From the NCBI GenBank assembly GCA_951406725.2, contig OX597816.1:134354001-134418000 (forward strand): a stretch of DNA of 64,000 bases. Reading direction: 5' to 3'. Origin of the DNA: Octopus vulgaris (lineage: Eukaryota). A program made the translations under genes and the position numbers. The notes beneath the pieces were generated by a model, which had not been told where the DNA came from, did no database searches, and saw only the letters and a list, made by a program, of their open reading frames with translations. The stretch's first letter is position 1; every line of letters begins with the position of its first letter. Positions 29,101-43,457 of this stretch are shown piece after piece.

Positions 29101-32100
29101 AGTGAAGTTGAATGGAGCATTAATACTAACCTGTCGTTGTGACATTATTTCACAAAGTAACTTTGTAGGTACATTTCTCCATTTAAGAATTTTTAATATT
29201 GAAAGAACCTGTCGAAGAGGTAGACCCAGGAAGACATGGGACAAGGTGGTGAAGCATGATCTTCAAACATTGGGTCACAAAGAGGCAATGACTAGTGATC
29301 AAGACCTTTGGTGATATGCCATACTTGAAAAGATCCACCAGCCAATTGAAATCATATGTGTGGCCAATGCTGGTGTCACATAATTGGCACCTGTGCCAGT
29401 GGCAAGTAAAAAGCACCTTTCAAGCATTGGACCTCATGAAATTGTAGTCATGGCAGATACTGGTGTCGTGCAACTGGCACCCATGTCAGTGGCACATAAA
29501 AGCACCCATGACACTCTTAGAGTGATTGGTGTTAGGAAAAGCATCTAGCTGTAGAAACCATGCCAAATCAAACTAGAGTTGGTGCTGCCCCTCAGCCTAT
29601 CAGCCCTGGTCAAACCATCCAATCCATTCCAGCATGAACAACAGACATTAGATGATGATGATGGTGGTATCATCTATATTAATCTGAAATGTCCCATATC
29701 TTTTTGAAATATTATTATGCTCTCTCTCTCTCTCTCTTTCACATATACATGAGCGCACACATTGCCTATGATATTTTTCATAACTTTCTCTTTCTCACTC
29801 AAACTTTTCTATGTTTTCAAAGAGATATTTCCAAGTTTTCATTTTGATTTAATTTATATTTCTCAATAATATATTCTACATACAGTGATCTTATATCTGA
29901 AGCATGCAATTCTACAGCAACAAACATATCACAGTATTTACTGAGAAGTCAAATTATTGGAATCTATAAATATATCTCGCAGGCATTGGAAGACTTTTCA
30001 CCAATAAGGTAATTAAACAAGTTGTTTTTGCACAAAGTTTTTGTTAAAAAGTCAATCTAAGAACAAAAATAGTTGAAAAACTTGAAAGATTGGATGAAGT
30101 AAGTGATAGAATAGAAATTAGATTTACAGAAAATGGAAGAAGTTTAGTGAATTTCGATGACTGAGGGTTTATTTTCCTTTTTCTTCAAAGATAAACTGTA
30201 TGTAACTTGTGAAAATGTGAAAACGTTTTCCTCTAACCACTTCATTAGGCACAGGAGTGGCTGTGTGGTAAGAAGCTTGCTTCCCAACCACATGGTTCTG
30301 GGTTCAGTCCCACTGCATGGCACCTTGGGCAAGTGTCTTCTACTGAAAGGTAGGAGAGTCCAGTTTGCTGGACATTGTTGTAGAGCTGAAAAAGAGGTAA
30401 TTTCTACTCTTCACCTCTGGAAGCCATCTACTCGCAATACCAGAGGGTGCACACTCTCCTACCCTGATGTAATCTCCAGGGATACAGGCATCCAGCAGCA
30501 GGACCTCCGTAATGCCATGATGGACCGTGAAGTCTGGCGTAGCATGGTAAATTCCATTGTCTCGACCACGATCGAACAATGATGATAATGATGATAGTAA
30601 GAAACTTTAAAAGCTGAACAGTAGAAAGTCTTCAAAGAGGAAACCCTCCTGATGTTAATATTTCAGCCCTTAACACTTTACACTCTAAGTATGTTTGGCC
30701 ACATCCAGATAATAAACTCCTGGATTCCCCTCTGGTGTCACATTCTCTGCTATTGTCTGCATAGTAATCTTCCTGAGTGGTTAAGGTGCCCTGGAGCCAA
30801 GAGCACATGGGTGGTTAAGGTGCCCTGTAGCCAATGACACCTTGGGTGTCATAATCACTTCAGTATGAAATAGCAGTTGAATATAGGGTAAGTTATAACT
30901 TCTGAAATCCACTTCCATTCCTCTTTGACCATATGAAGTTGGAACTCTTCTCAGTTACTTTCACTATTGCCTTATAAGCCCTGGTTCTCTTTTTCCCAGA
31001 AATTGAGTGTCATATCATGTGATCATAGGCAGCTTTGCCCATAATCCTTCTCGTTCCCACTCCCATGACAAGGACTTAACCAGATTTACCCCTATCTAAT
31101 GGCTAAACTGCCATATTTTTCAGTCTTGTACATGTGGGTGTCCTCCAGTCTGCTGTTACATTCATGTGAGATCAATCAGAATCAATTGTTTTGATGAAAG
31201 TGAGTTGAGTACAGTGTCTAGTCTCATACCACTCTTGTTGATAATGCTGGATGATTTTTCCACTTTGGAACGTCTGCTGTGCACTCTGTCATCCACTCCA
31301 TCCAGTAGACCCTGCTTCCATGACCCTCTTGGCACAGCAGTTCCAAGCAACAATTTGTTTTACCCCAGCTGTGTAGAACATTGATGGAACTGCCAATGGT
31401 GTCGTCATTTCTCTTGCAGTACAAATCACATGTAAGATCTCTTTAAGCACTTGATTGTATACATATACTTAACCAACATATAGCAGCATAGAAAATAAAA
31501 TAATGTTTAAATGAATTTGACGATAATGGTGAACATAATAATCAGATTAATATAATTGACAATCCTAAGGTATATAGTTAATCTGTTGGTAAATTTCTGT
31601 CTAAAGTGATTATACTTACTTTTACAGGAATACTTTCTTCACAGTTGGTATTTTCATAGTTGCTGATAACCCAGCTGATTCATATATAGATCGGAGGAAA
31701 AGGTAATATTAATTTTTAATATTTTTCTCTTATGATTTCAACTTTGCATTTCATTTGGGTGTTTGTTAATGTTGGTATCTGTCAGTGAAAGCTTATAATA
31801 GAACCCTGTAACATTAACTAAAAAGTGATTTGAAGTAAATGAAACTGTTAACCAGAAAACCAGAAAATGCATATTGTTTTTAGTTAACTTGAACTTGTAA
31901 ATTTTCATTTTACTAAGTCTGAAGTTAATTTGAAATTATGTCTTGAAATTATGTCCTGCTCATACCAGCATCAAAAAAAGATGATAGTGATAGTGGTGTT
32001 CTTGTTGTTGGTATTGATGGGGGGGGGGCTATAATGATGATAGCACTTGAACTAGTTCAAATGAAGAAGAGGTTTCTTTTCATTTTTTTTTGTTTTAATT

Positions 32101-35100
32101 TTTTCCTATTTAAAGATGATAAAGCAGAAGGTAAAATTCAAAATGTTTTAATATTTTAAACTTTAAAATGTTTTAACTGTTAATTACGCTTTTTTAGCAA
32201 CATCCCAAACAGACAATTTTGGTACTGTATTTTATATTCTCACTGTTTTATCAGCTATCTATTTATTAAATTTCTCAATATCCCAAATAAAATTCATATC
32301 TAAAGTAAAAAAAAAAAATTCCATCTTATCTGTTTGTCTTGTAGTGAACTGAGCATAGACGCCGATTTTAAAGTCATGTCTCCAGATGGGCAAGAGGTGC
32401 TCAATATATGGTATTTACCTCACTGCACTGAAATACTAACGATGTTCAGTATGTTGAGTGATGAAGACTGCATCGAAGCTTTAACTTACCTTCTACAGAT
32501 TGTCTCAGCTCTGCATGATATTTTACAATATCTAATTGGACACTACCGACTTGGAAATCGAAGATCCTTAATATTTGCCGCACAAAATGCTGATGCCTCA
32601 GCAACATGGGGTGGATTAGAAGGAATAAGTAAAATCAAATTTCTGTTGTTCTTTATTATCAGTCTTTCTTTATCTCTTTTCATTGTCTTTCATTGCTTTG
32701 GTGCTTCTCTGAGTTTTCCTATCTTTCTTTTCATTCTTGCTCTTATTTTCTCATTATAATTTTTTATCCATCTTATTTACTCTGCCTTCACCATCTACTT
32801 CCACCATAATCTCTTTCTACTTTCTCTATCAAACAGTTTCTCTTTTCGTTTCATTTTTCCTCTCTTCTATTTTTATTTTCACTATTTGTCTTCATTTCTA
32901 TGTATCGTTAGTAACATTGGTGTTACAACAGATTTACAGAACACAAGTATTGATAACTGCATTAGGCTAGCTAGCAAATATTTACCAGTGTAGACACAAC
33001 TGGACAAAACACTAATTTAAATTATTTAACAGTTCATGCTTCAAAGTAGTCCTTAATTGTCTACAATTGTTCATTGTCGATTTATCTTTACATGGAAACT
33101 TTTGTATATATGTACTTGTGTGTGTATGCTGATGTATGTTACAGTTTGAGTACTTATGTGTTGCTGTGTGGTGTGTACATGTTTCACAGTGTTCGGCATT
33201 TGAATAAAGTATCATGCTATACAGACATATACACAGTGGATTTTTATTGTAAGAAGGATTATTATTGTGGATTGGTAAAATTGCTAGAGCATCAAACACT
33301 CTTATAGCTTTTGTTCTAGTCCTTTATGTTCTGAGTTCAAATCCTTCTTTGTTGAGCGGAGGGTGGAGAGTGTCAGTAACATAAAGTTCCAGACAAGTAC
33401 TAATATTGTTTTTAACTCCTTCCCAAAAATGTCAAGCCTTATTATTACTAAGGTGGTAAGCTGGTAGAATTGTTAGAACATTGGGCAAAATGCTTTGCAA
33501 CAACTCTTCTAACTTCTTATGTTTTGAGTCACATACTGCCAAGGTCAGCTTTCAGGATTGATTAAATAAGTACCAGTTAAACACTGGGATCAATATAATT
33601 GACTTACCCCCTCCCCTAAAATTGTGCTAAAATTTGAATCAAAGATGGCAAGCTGACAGAATCATCAGCATGGTAAACAAAAAAAACTTAGTGGCATTTT
33701 CCTCTGACTTTGCACCTCTGATCTTATTCAGGTAGAAGATTCTTACTTCTTTTTGAGTGAGTACCCATTTGTTTGTATACTAAATTGTTAATCTGTGTTG
33801 CAATTTTGCTCCACTCCCTGTTTTTTTTTATATATATATATATGTACATCCCAACATATCTTGTAGTTCTTTTGTATGATATATTTTGTATTTTATATTT
33901 AGGCCCTCAAAGCCAAGTAATAAATAATTATTATTAAAATTTATTCTATTTCACCTGTTCGTTTACTTTCTTATTTTTGATTTTCAAGAAACTGAGTTAA
34001 AAGAAATCATGACACAAGTACAGTCGCTGTCCTGTCCCACAGATCCAAAACAAGTTGTTGAACTTCTAACTGCACGGCAAGAAGTAGCATATTTAGAATT
34101 TGATATAGCAGTACGCTATTCTTTGGTGGAAACTTTCCTACTTTCGGGAAACAGAGTAGCTTTTGAGGTGAGATTAATTTTTTTCATTTTTCATCATCTA
34201 ATTTTTATGTTCACAACAAATCTTTAGTTGACATGTATGAATAAGTATCTGTACATAGAATGGTTCATTTCATTTCATACCATTTAATTTCTATATACAT
34301 TTCAGCCTTTATAATTCTGTCTGTGAAGTCCAATATAATTAGATCTGATCTTACTGTTCAAAAGTTTTTAGTTTTCAAACTTTCTCTGTTCTACCTCAAT
34401 TATAGCACTTTAGTTCACCTGAAAGTCATCATCCACTTGCATTATACGTTTTTTCTAATGTAGTCATCTTTCTTGCAGACATTTGCTAATACTTCAGATG
34501 TTTACCTACATTTACAATTCCTTTTCAGTCAACATTTTTTCTAAGTTATCACTTTGCATGCAATAAATCATGTTTATCCCATTCTTTTCCAATCACAGCT
34601 CATCCTCGGTATTTACTGCTGTGTATTTTATCACACTACTTATATATGCCTCATTAGTCTATTTTTCATGTGAAAAGAGCACTCTTTATTGCTGTCATAT
34701 GGAGCAGTTCCCTAATCTTTAATATATTTATGTATTCCAGGCTGTAAATATGAACCATGGTTTAACCGTTTTAAGCAATGTACCACAAGAGAGTGTATTC
34801 AACACTTACTTAAGAGTACCAGAACCATTAGAAGCTTATGACAGTTTAGCAGTGTCACTTTACCCTTGGCGAAGTTTCCTTGGTCGGTAAGACTGATGTT
34901 TAGTTCTAATTATAATAGATACATTGTTATGAAGGAAATATTGCTGGTCACACTTAATATACAAGGTGTTATCAAAAAGTTCCTGGACTAGCATGCCTAC
35001 AGATGGCAGCACACAGTTGCATGTGCAGTGAGAGCTAGCAGTGATCCTCACGAGGCAGTTTGCCAAGTGACATCACTGTGTTTACTTCGCGAGTTGTGAA

Positions 35101-38100
35101 ATTTGTGTTTTTATGATCACATATAAGCTGTAGTCTGTGATTTTGTCATGGACAGGAACAAGGAGCCAATGTGACATTTTGCGTTATACTTGAGCAGTCT
35201 GCTACAGAGACATTGAGTGTGCTTCAGCAAGCTTACAGCAATGAGACAATGAGCCATACACAATGTTTCGAATGGCATGGGCACTTCAAAAGTGGAATAC
35301 CATTCCTGGAAGACCTACCATGAGCTTCACCCCAAGAAATTTGGTATTGTGCATCAAGAATTTGTCTCCCAGGGCCAGACTGTCAGTTGAAAGTTCTTCT
35401 GTGACATTTTGAAGCATTTGAAGGAGGACATTTGGTGAATGCGGCTGAATTTGTGGAGTGCACAGAATTGGATTCTTCACAATGACAGTGCACCCTGCCA
35501 CTGAGCTCTCCTCACTTGTGAGTTTCTCACCAAAAGCAACAAGGTATTGCTTCCACACCCACCCTATTTGCCAGATTTAGTATCTGCATCTTCCATCTCT
35601 TCCCCAAGATGAAAATGCAGCTGAAAGGTTACCATTTTAACAGCACTGTCAAGATCCAGAGTGAATTGCAGAAGGTCCTTGACTTGCTTATGGAAAATAA
35701 CTTCAGGCCGGATTCCAAAAGTGGCAGGAATGCTGAGACCAGTGTATTGCTGCACAAGGTGACTATTTTGAAGGAGATAATATTAAAACTTAGGTAAATA
35801 AGTTATTTTTTACTAAACATAACTAGTCTGGGAACTTTTTCATACCACCTTGTATTACCACATACCCAGAATACATGATGTGTGTCATATTTTGTAATGT
35901 GTTACATATGTAATAGAAAATGTGTGTTTACATTAAACCACAAGTATCCTATTGAACCTGTAATATTTATGGAATTTGTTTTATTTACCACAGAATTGAG
36001 TAGCAGACATGTATGATGCATAAACCAGATATAGTTTACATATATTCTGATTATAACTTTCAGTTTTTATGTGCTGATATGTATTGTATGGTTCTTTAAA
36101 TACTAACAGTTGGATAGGAATAATACATAGTAAATAATGATTATAACTTTCAAGTCACTAACACTTTGGATAATCAAAGTAACTACATATTTTCATGAAT
36201 AACTTGTATATTTTCTATCAGAAATGGGCCTTTTCCAGGAATGCTTCCTTGCTGGTATCACGTAAGTCAAAATATGCAGCTGTGTGTGGCTAGCTTAAAA
36301 GAATTAGACAAGTAAGTTGAAGCATTACATTTTTTATGCCTTGTAATAAATGATGTTTTACTTTTATTTCCTATTTACTTTCATTAAAATTGTTTTTACT
36401 TCAAATATTTTTAAATTTTTAATTAAAGGAAATCTAACTCTATGCATGTATGTAAGAATAAAAAAAGATTTACTTGTTTTTTACCATAAGATAAAACTAG
36501 GGTTTTCTATGACATTTCAATAACTATGACAAAATCATGCTGAAAAGGTTAATTTTATTTATTTGTGAACCATAATAGTATAGATTGGATATCTTTGTAA
36601 AATGTCTTGTTGCATCTTTGGTAATTCATTTGGCAAAAGTCAAGATATAAAAGGTCTCAAATGCTTTGGAACTATCTCATCCGAACCTCCATCTGATGAT
36701 TCAGTAAAAAATGCAAACCAAAATGTTATTTGCTGTGAGGGAAAGAAATATAAAATTTCACGTATGTTTTCCATCAGTTTACTAAAAGGGTTGCTTCTTG
36801 AAATATATCTGTTTATTTTGCCTTACCTTTTGGTTTCTGCTTAACTGACTTTTGCTGATATAAACCACTGTGAGTTGTTTTCTTCCATTCTGGTGATTAT
36901 CTTTCTGCTAACTTTGTCTCATATCAGATCACATTTTGTTCTTTCATTTCCTTGTATATTTATATCTGTATTTAACATGTTTTAAAATTCACAGATATGT
37001 CTGGTTGATCATAATTGTCTTTCAGGCTTTCGTTTTTCCTGTCCACACTTTAATAATGAACACTCCAGTAGTTGTAGGAAATATAGTTACAGATAAACAG
37101 TTGTTACATGTTTGGTAGCTTACAGTTCTGATTTTGAATTTTGCAATATTTGAAACTGTGGAGATTCAATAAAATTTATATCATTAATGTATAGGAATAA
37201 ATAGTCAGATCTCTTTTTCCCAAATTGATCCGTTTGATTTTCTCATGAGCAACTTATGTATTATAATATCCACTCCTTCATATAAAAATACAAGCAACCA
37301 CATTTCTTGTGTGTGTGTCTGCATGCACACACACACGCACGCATGCGCACACACACACTCTCTTTCTCTCTCTCTCTAACTCTCTCATATTTCTGATAAT
37401 TTCCCAGACTTTTAAACTCCATCAACTACTAGATTTCAAATTCCACTGCTGGAAGTGGTTAGCTTATTTACTTAAAAATATTATTTTTCTTTCAGGTGAC
37501 TCGGGTTTGACATAAAAGATATTTTATTTTATAAAGTAGCTTGTTATCATAGTTATTTTGGGTGGCAGCAGCATCTTACATCCGTTATTCCATGCTTGCA
37601 TGGGTTAGAGTGGTTTTCTCCTGCACAATATCTCACTACTTGTTTCAGTTCATTCCCATTTGCTTAATAAGGTTCAAATTCTTGAGTATTGATCACTTCT
37701 TCCCATGTCTTGCTTGATTTTCCTCTGCAATTGCTTATGGTAATCTGCTTCATTATGTATTTTTGGTGATTTCTGATTGATAGGCTTTTATCTTGTGCCA
37801 CTTTAAGAACCCTTCAGTCTCTGCTCTGAGTCCCATGCTTCTCAGCTAGGGATTTTTCTTTGACTATTCCTATTCTATTCAACTTGTTCTATTGTTGTTG
37901 CAGTTTAATTTTGCCTTTTTTATATACTCAGATTTTGTTGGCACTCCTGGAGTCTTGCATGAGCAGTGGGCTTACTACCTGCAGCCTACAATATCATGCT
38001 ATTTGTTCTCTTCAAATATCTAATACTTTCCTGATGATATTGGCTGTACCAAGGAGGCAAACGTTTTGCAACAGCTCTATTGGGCACCCTATTCCCATTT

Positions 38101-41100
38101 CCTTTATATTCCTCTCAATAACTTTTGATACTGTCACCAGCAATAACTGGCACTAAATGAAAGAAGTGGAGGACACTGATCCATCGAGTAACTGAGTCGA
38201 CTTCGACTGAACGGATAGATAGATAGATCTTCACCTTTTTCATTTTCTACAGTTGTGCAATCTTGTATTTAAGAGGACTGTATACAGCTATTTTTTCACT
38301 GATGTTATTGAAAAATGTTTAAAACAACATAAAAATGTATTCAGAACTCTACTATAACTTGATAATGTACATATTTCTACAACATTTTAAAATAATCATG
38401 TTTTTAATGCTGAATATGCTGTTACTTAGTTTTGATAACCTTAAAGACTGTACTGTTAAAATAATTTTATCATTATTTTATAATTTACTTCAATATCTTT
38501 TAATCAAATTTCTTCTCAATTAGGCTTGCTGCAAATGGAGAAATTTCAGGAGTGAGTCTTCAGTTGGAAGATATTATTCTGTCAGAGTTTCCTGGATTCA
38601 GGCAATTTACATCAAACTTAGAACCTACCTGGAAAACAAAAGTTACTAATTCCCTTTATAGGAATATTCTTGCAAAGGAAACAAATTTACCAAGTCCTAG
38701 TGCTAACAATTTTGTTGTGCCATTTGGTGAGTTGGGTTTAGTTATTTGAAGATATAACATTAGAAGGTTAAAATTGACCCAAATTTTATTCTCTGTTAGT
38801 TTGACTTTACTTTCACCCTTTAAGGGTTGATAAAATAAATACCAGTTGAACACTGGCAGTTAATGTATCAGTTTACCCCTCCCCCAAAATTGCTGACTTT
38901 GTGCCAAAATTTGGATGATATCTGTAAAGGCTCTCTGGTCAGCAGTTTTTTCCAACTCTTAGTTATAAGATATTATTCTTCACTGGCTTGATGTGGGTTT
39001 AGCTTTCTGAATTTAGGGCATGGTGAAAGCTTTATAATCATACAACTTTCTTAATATTGTAGTAAAGATTGTTTGCCAACATAACATGGCAGTCCTGGTT
39101 TAGGACTAACGTTGCTGTAATTTAACCCTAAGAGATGTCATCTCCAGCTGGCGATACACAGATATTGTTTTGAGCTGAGTGGGGGTGCTAGATTCCCTTC
39201 TTCGAAAATATAAGGACACAGATCATGTCGTATAGCCAGCTGGAGATAATGTCTCCCATGGCTAAATTACAGCAACATTAGTCCTAAACAAGGACTGCTA
39301 TGTTACGAGGGGCGTTCAATAAGTAATGCCCCTGACCCACTTCCCATAGCAGTAGAGCAACGAAACTTGGCACAGTTATTAGTCTTTTTCTACATAGGAA
39401 CCACCCAGAGTTACGCATTTCTCCCATCGTTTGATGCGGCTCTGGAGACCGTTTTTGTAGAAGAACCCAGCTTGGTCCTCCAACCTCAACGTGACTTCAG
39501 AAATCAAGGCTGCATCATCTGGGAAACGCTTTCCTTTCAAAAACAACTTCATGATTGGGAAGAGGTGAAAATCAGAGGGTGCAAGGTCAGGAAAGTAGGG
39601 GAGGAATTCATAGCCATACGCCTGTGCTTCTGATCTGGCGACAAGCGAGTTGTGGACCGGAGCGTTGTCCTGCAGGAGGAGGATGCCTTTGCTGATCTTG
39701 CCCCGCCTCTTGATTTTGATAACTTCTCTTAATTTCCTCAAAAATGAAGCATAATAGGCTCCTGCAATTGTGGTACCCTTTGCCAGGAAATCTGTCATCA
39801 CTACTCCGTCCTGGTCCCAGAAGACTGTGAGCATGACCTTGCCAGCGGAAGGCTGCACCCTTGCCTTCTTTGGAGGGGGTGAGTCATGGTGCTTCCACTG
39901 CATTGACTGGGATTTGGTCTCTGGATCATCGTGATGGACCCAGGTTTCATGCTGTGTAATCAGTCTTTTGAAAAATTTTGACTCATCTTCTTGGCACATC
40001 TCCAAATTCACCCTCGAGCACTCGATGCGTTCTTGCTTCTGGAAAGGTGTGAGCAACCTGGGAATCCATCTGGTAGACACCTTTTGCATATGCAAATGGT
40101 CATGAATGATAGTTTCCACAGACCCGGTACTAATCTTGACCTCATGGGCTATTTGGCGAATAATTATGCGTCGATCTTCCAAAATGGCAGCCTCAACTTG
40201 ACAGACAGATGCCTCATCAATGGCAGAAGGGGGCGACCAGATCTGGGAGCTCTTTCCACAGAGTTCCGATCATGTTTGAATTCACGATGCCAGCGTTTTA
40301 CAAGGTCATATGATGGGGCATCATCACCATAAGTTACTTTCATTTCATCAAAAGTCTCCCGTGGTGTGCGTCCTTTCAAATACAAAAACCGGATCACTGC
40401 TCGACACTCAACAGGCTCCATTTCACACTTGACTTGGTTCAAACACCTGTAAATCAGAAACCACAATTAATTCAGAGCTGTAATTTGCCACTTACTATAT
40501 AGAGATATAAATGATTGCACATGCAAAATTTCAGCTAGATCAAACAACTACAAGTGGGTCAGAGGCATTACTTATTGAACGTCCCTCGTATGTTGGCAAA
40601 CAATCTTTACTACAAAGTACTGTTGCTGAATATCTCACGTTATGAGATTTAAAAATAGTAATTTTCTAATTTATAAATCAGTGACTAGTTGTCACTTTGA
40701 AAACTATATATTTCGAATGGGAATTTGGCAGCACCACCTCTAGCCAAGCAATTATTTTGTGCTGATGAAGAGAAATAACCCAGAAATCCCGATTTGCAGA
40801 TATTGTTTTGAGCTGCGTGGGGGTACTAGATTCCCTTCTTCAAAAATATAAGGACACAGATCGTGTTGTATAGTCAGCTGGAGATGATGTCTCCTGGGGC
40901 TAAATTACAGCAACATTAATCCTAAACCAGGACTGCCATGTTATGTTGGCAAACAACCTTTACTATAAGGTACTGTTGCTGAATATCTCACGTTGTGAGA
41001 TTTTAATTTTCTAATTTCTTAATATTGGTTTCAAATTTTGGCACATGGCCAGCAATTTCAGGGGAGGGGATAAATCAATGACATTGATTCCAGTGCTCAA

Positions 41101-42618
41101 CTGACACTTATTGTATTCACCATGAAAGGATGAAAGGCAAAGTCAACCTCAGTGGAATTTTAACTCAGAATGTACAGACAGATAAAATGCCACTACGCAT
41201 TTTGCCTGATGTACTAACAATTCTACCAGCTTACTGCCTTAATGTGACTTTCTTAATATTAGCATTTTTTACTAATGGATCAGAGATATATTTATTGTAG
41301 CATCATCACAAGAACTGACATTTTAGTTCTTTCTTTATTCTACACTATACTGTTTTTATTTTGAAATAATTTCTCTTTTTGGTGAACTGCTTCAATATTG
41401 ACAATCGTCTTCGAAAATACAAACAAAACGAAAAGATATTTAAAGGCAAGCTGTTTAAACCTTTCGTTACCAACCTGGCTGAAACTGGCTCTGGCTCTGT
41501 AGCACAAATGTTTTGTTTTCATAAATTTTAAATTAAAATCTTCCCCCAAACCTTAGTCACAGTTTATGTTCCTAACACCAGCTTAATGATAACTAAATCA
41601 TTTTACTAAATTCTTTGTTATATTATAAAATATTTGAAAGAAACACAGAGCATCTCAAAATAAATACAGTAACGAAAGGGTTAATTACAATCACAGCTAG
41701 CAGTGGGGTATTTATATAGTCGATTTTGTTTTCAGAATTGTCAAAAAACAAAGAATTTCCCTCAAAGTATATTGTAAGGCTTTACAAAATAGTAAGTAGC
41801 TTGCTAATAATATTGCATTTTTAACTTGAAAATAATGTCTAGTAAGGTTATTTCAATGAAATTCTACTTTGCACATGAAATTCTCAATGTTCACAACTGC
41901 AGCTGTTTTCAATTAACAAACTATTCTTTTCTGTATAGAAAGGTTGTTTCTATATACTATTACATGTTTAAAAATTTTTTTTTTACTCAGCTGATTTTCC
42001 ACTACAAGGTATAGAAGAAGACTCATCAGAAGAAGACTCAACAGTAGAAGTGAACGTAGAACCAACTGATATTTATCTGGTTTTAAGATGTTACCTAATA
42101 CTCTGGAAACAACTTGAAGTTTTAAAGAAGTGCTGGAAAAATAATGTTCTTTGTTTATCTTCAGGGAACCCTGTGACAGATTATCAAGAATTTTGGTAAT
42201 TATATACCTTTTCTCATATTTTGTGTACCTCAACTGTTTTTGTTTTTAGCCTATACTGTGGCTGTTGTGGTCAAAGTATTATTGTTAATCTCATGCTAAA
42301 CTTTATTCTCTTAGCCATATAATTAACATTATATTATTACCCATATTATATTATTGCCTCTGAAAGTCAATATCTTATCATAAGCAGCCATTTCATTAGC
42401 TTTGTTGTTACTTATTTTCCCATTTGTGAAACATATTATTTTGTTCATTATTTACATTATTTACATTTGACGGATATTTGTCATCTTGCTTGTTGTTAAC
42501 ACGTTTAGGCTGATATACCCTCCAACCTTCATCAGGTATCTTGGGGAAATTTTGAACCTGGGTTCTCATTCCTAGGGTAGCTTTTGATGCTATTATTATG
42601 ATAATGATTATTATTATT

Positions 42619-42650
<32 letters not shown>

Positions 42651-42657
42651 TATCATT

Positions 42658-42689
<32 letters not shown>

Positions 42690-43401
42690 TATTATTATTA
42701 TTATTATTCAGGTTTTTTATGTGAAGTCATTAAATCTTAGTGCTGTTTGTATGTATGTATGTATGTATGTATGTTTGTATGTATGTATGTATGTATGTAT
42801 GTATGTATGTATGTATGTATGTGTATGTGTGTGTATGCTTGTGTGTATGTTTGTGTGCATGTGTGTGTATGTGCACGTGTGTGCATGCATGCATGGATAT
42901 GTATGCATGCACTTACGTACATACATTAAGTATATTTGAGCATGTCTAGATATGCAATTTATGAATGAGAAGACATACATAAAACAAAACATACAAATCT
43001 GCATGTATGCATGCATACATACGTATGCACATACATACATACATACATACATACAAACAAAAAGACCCTGTTGTTGATGTTGAAATTACAATGAAAGAGC
43101 CTTGGATCTAAGTTAGAAACTGGCTCTTTCTCTATTGACAAGAAATCTTGAAATAAAACTGAATAATGACATACATATATACATACATATATACTTACAG
43201 ATATACATACATACATACATACATACATACATACATACGTGTGTACATACACACACACACATACACACACTCAATACAGAAACTTCCTTCCAAAAGGTTC
43301 ATGTCATTCCGTTTCTAAGTTTTTTTTAAATAGTTAATAATTTTTAAGAAAATCCTTCTTCAAATATTATGATTGTATATGTATTTTTAGGGGGCAAAGA
43401 C

Positions 43402-43457
<56 letters not shown>

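Noticed and set aside
39379-40466. Active or domesticated mariner transposase
   Set aside because: Frameshift, first catalytic Asp changed to His, and a 3-aa deletion (31 rather than 34 residues between the last two Asp).
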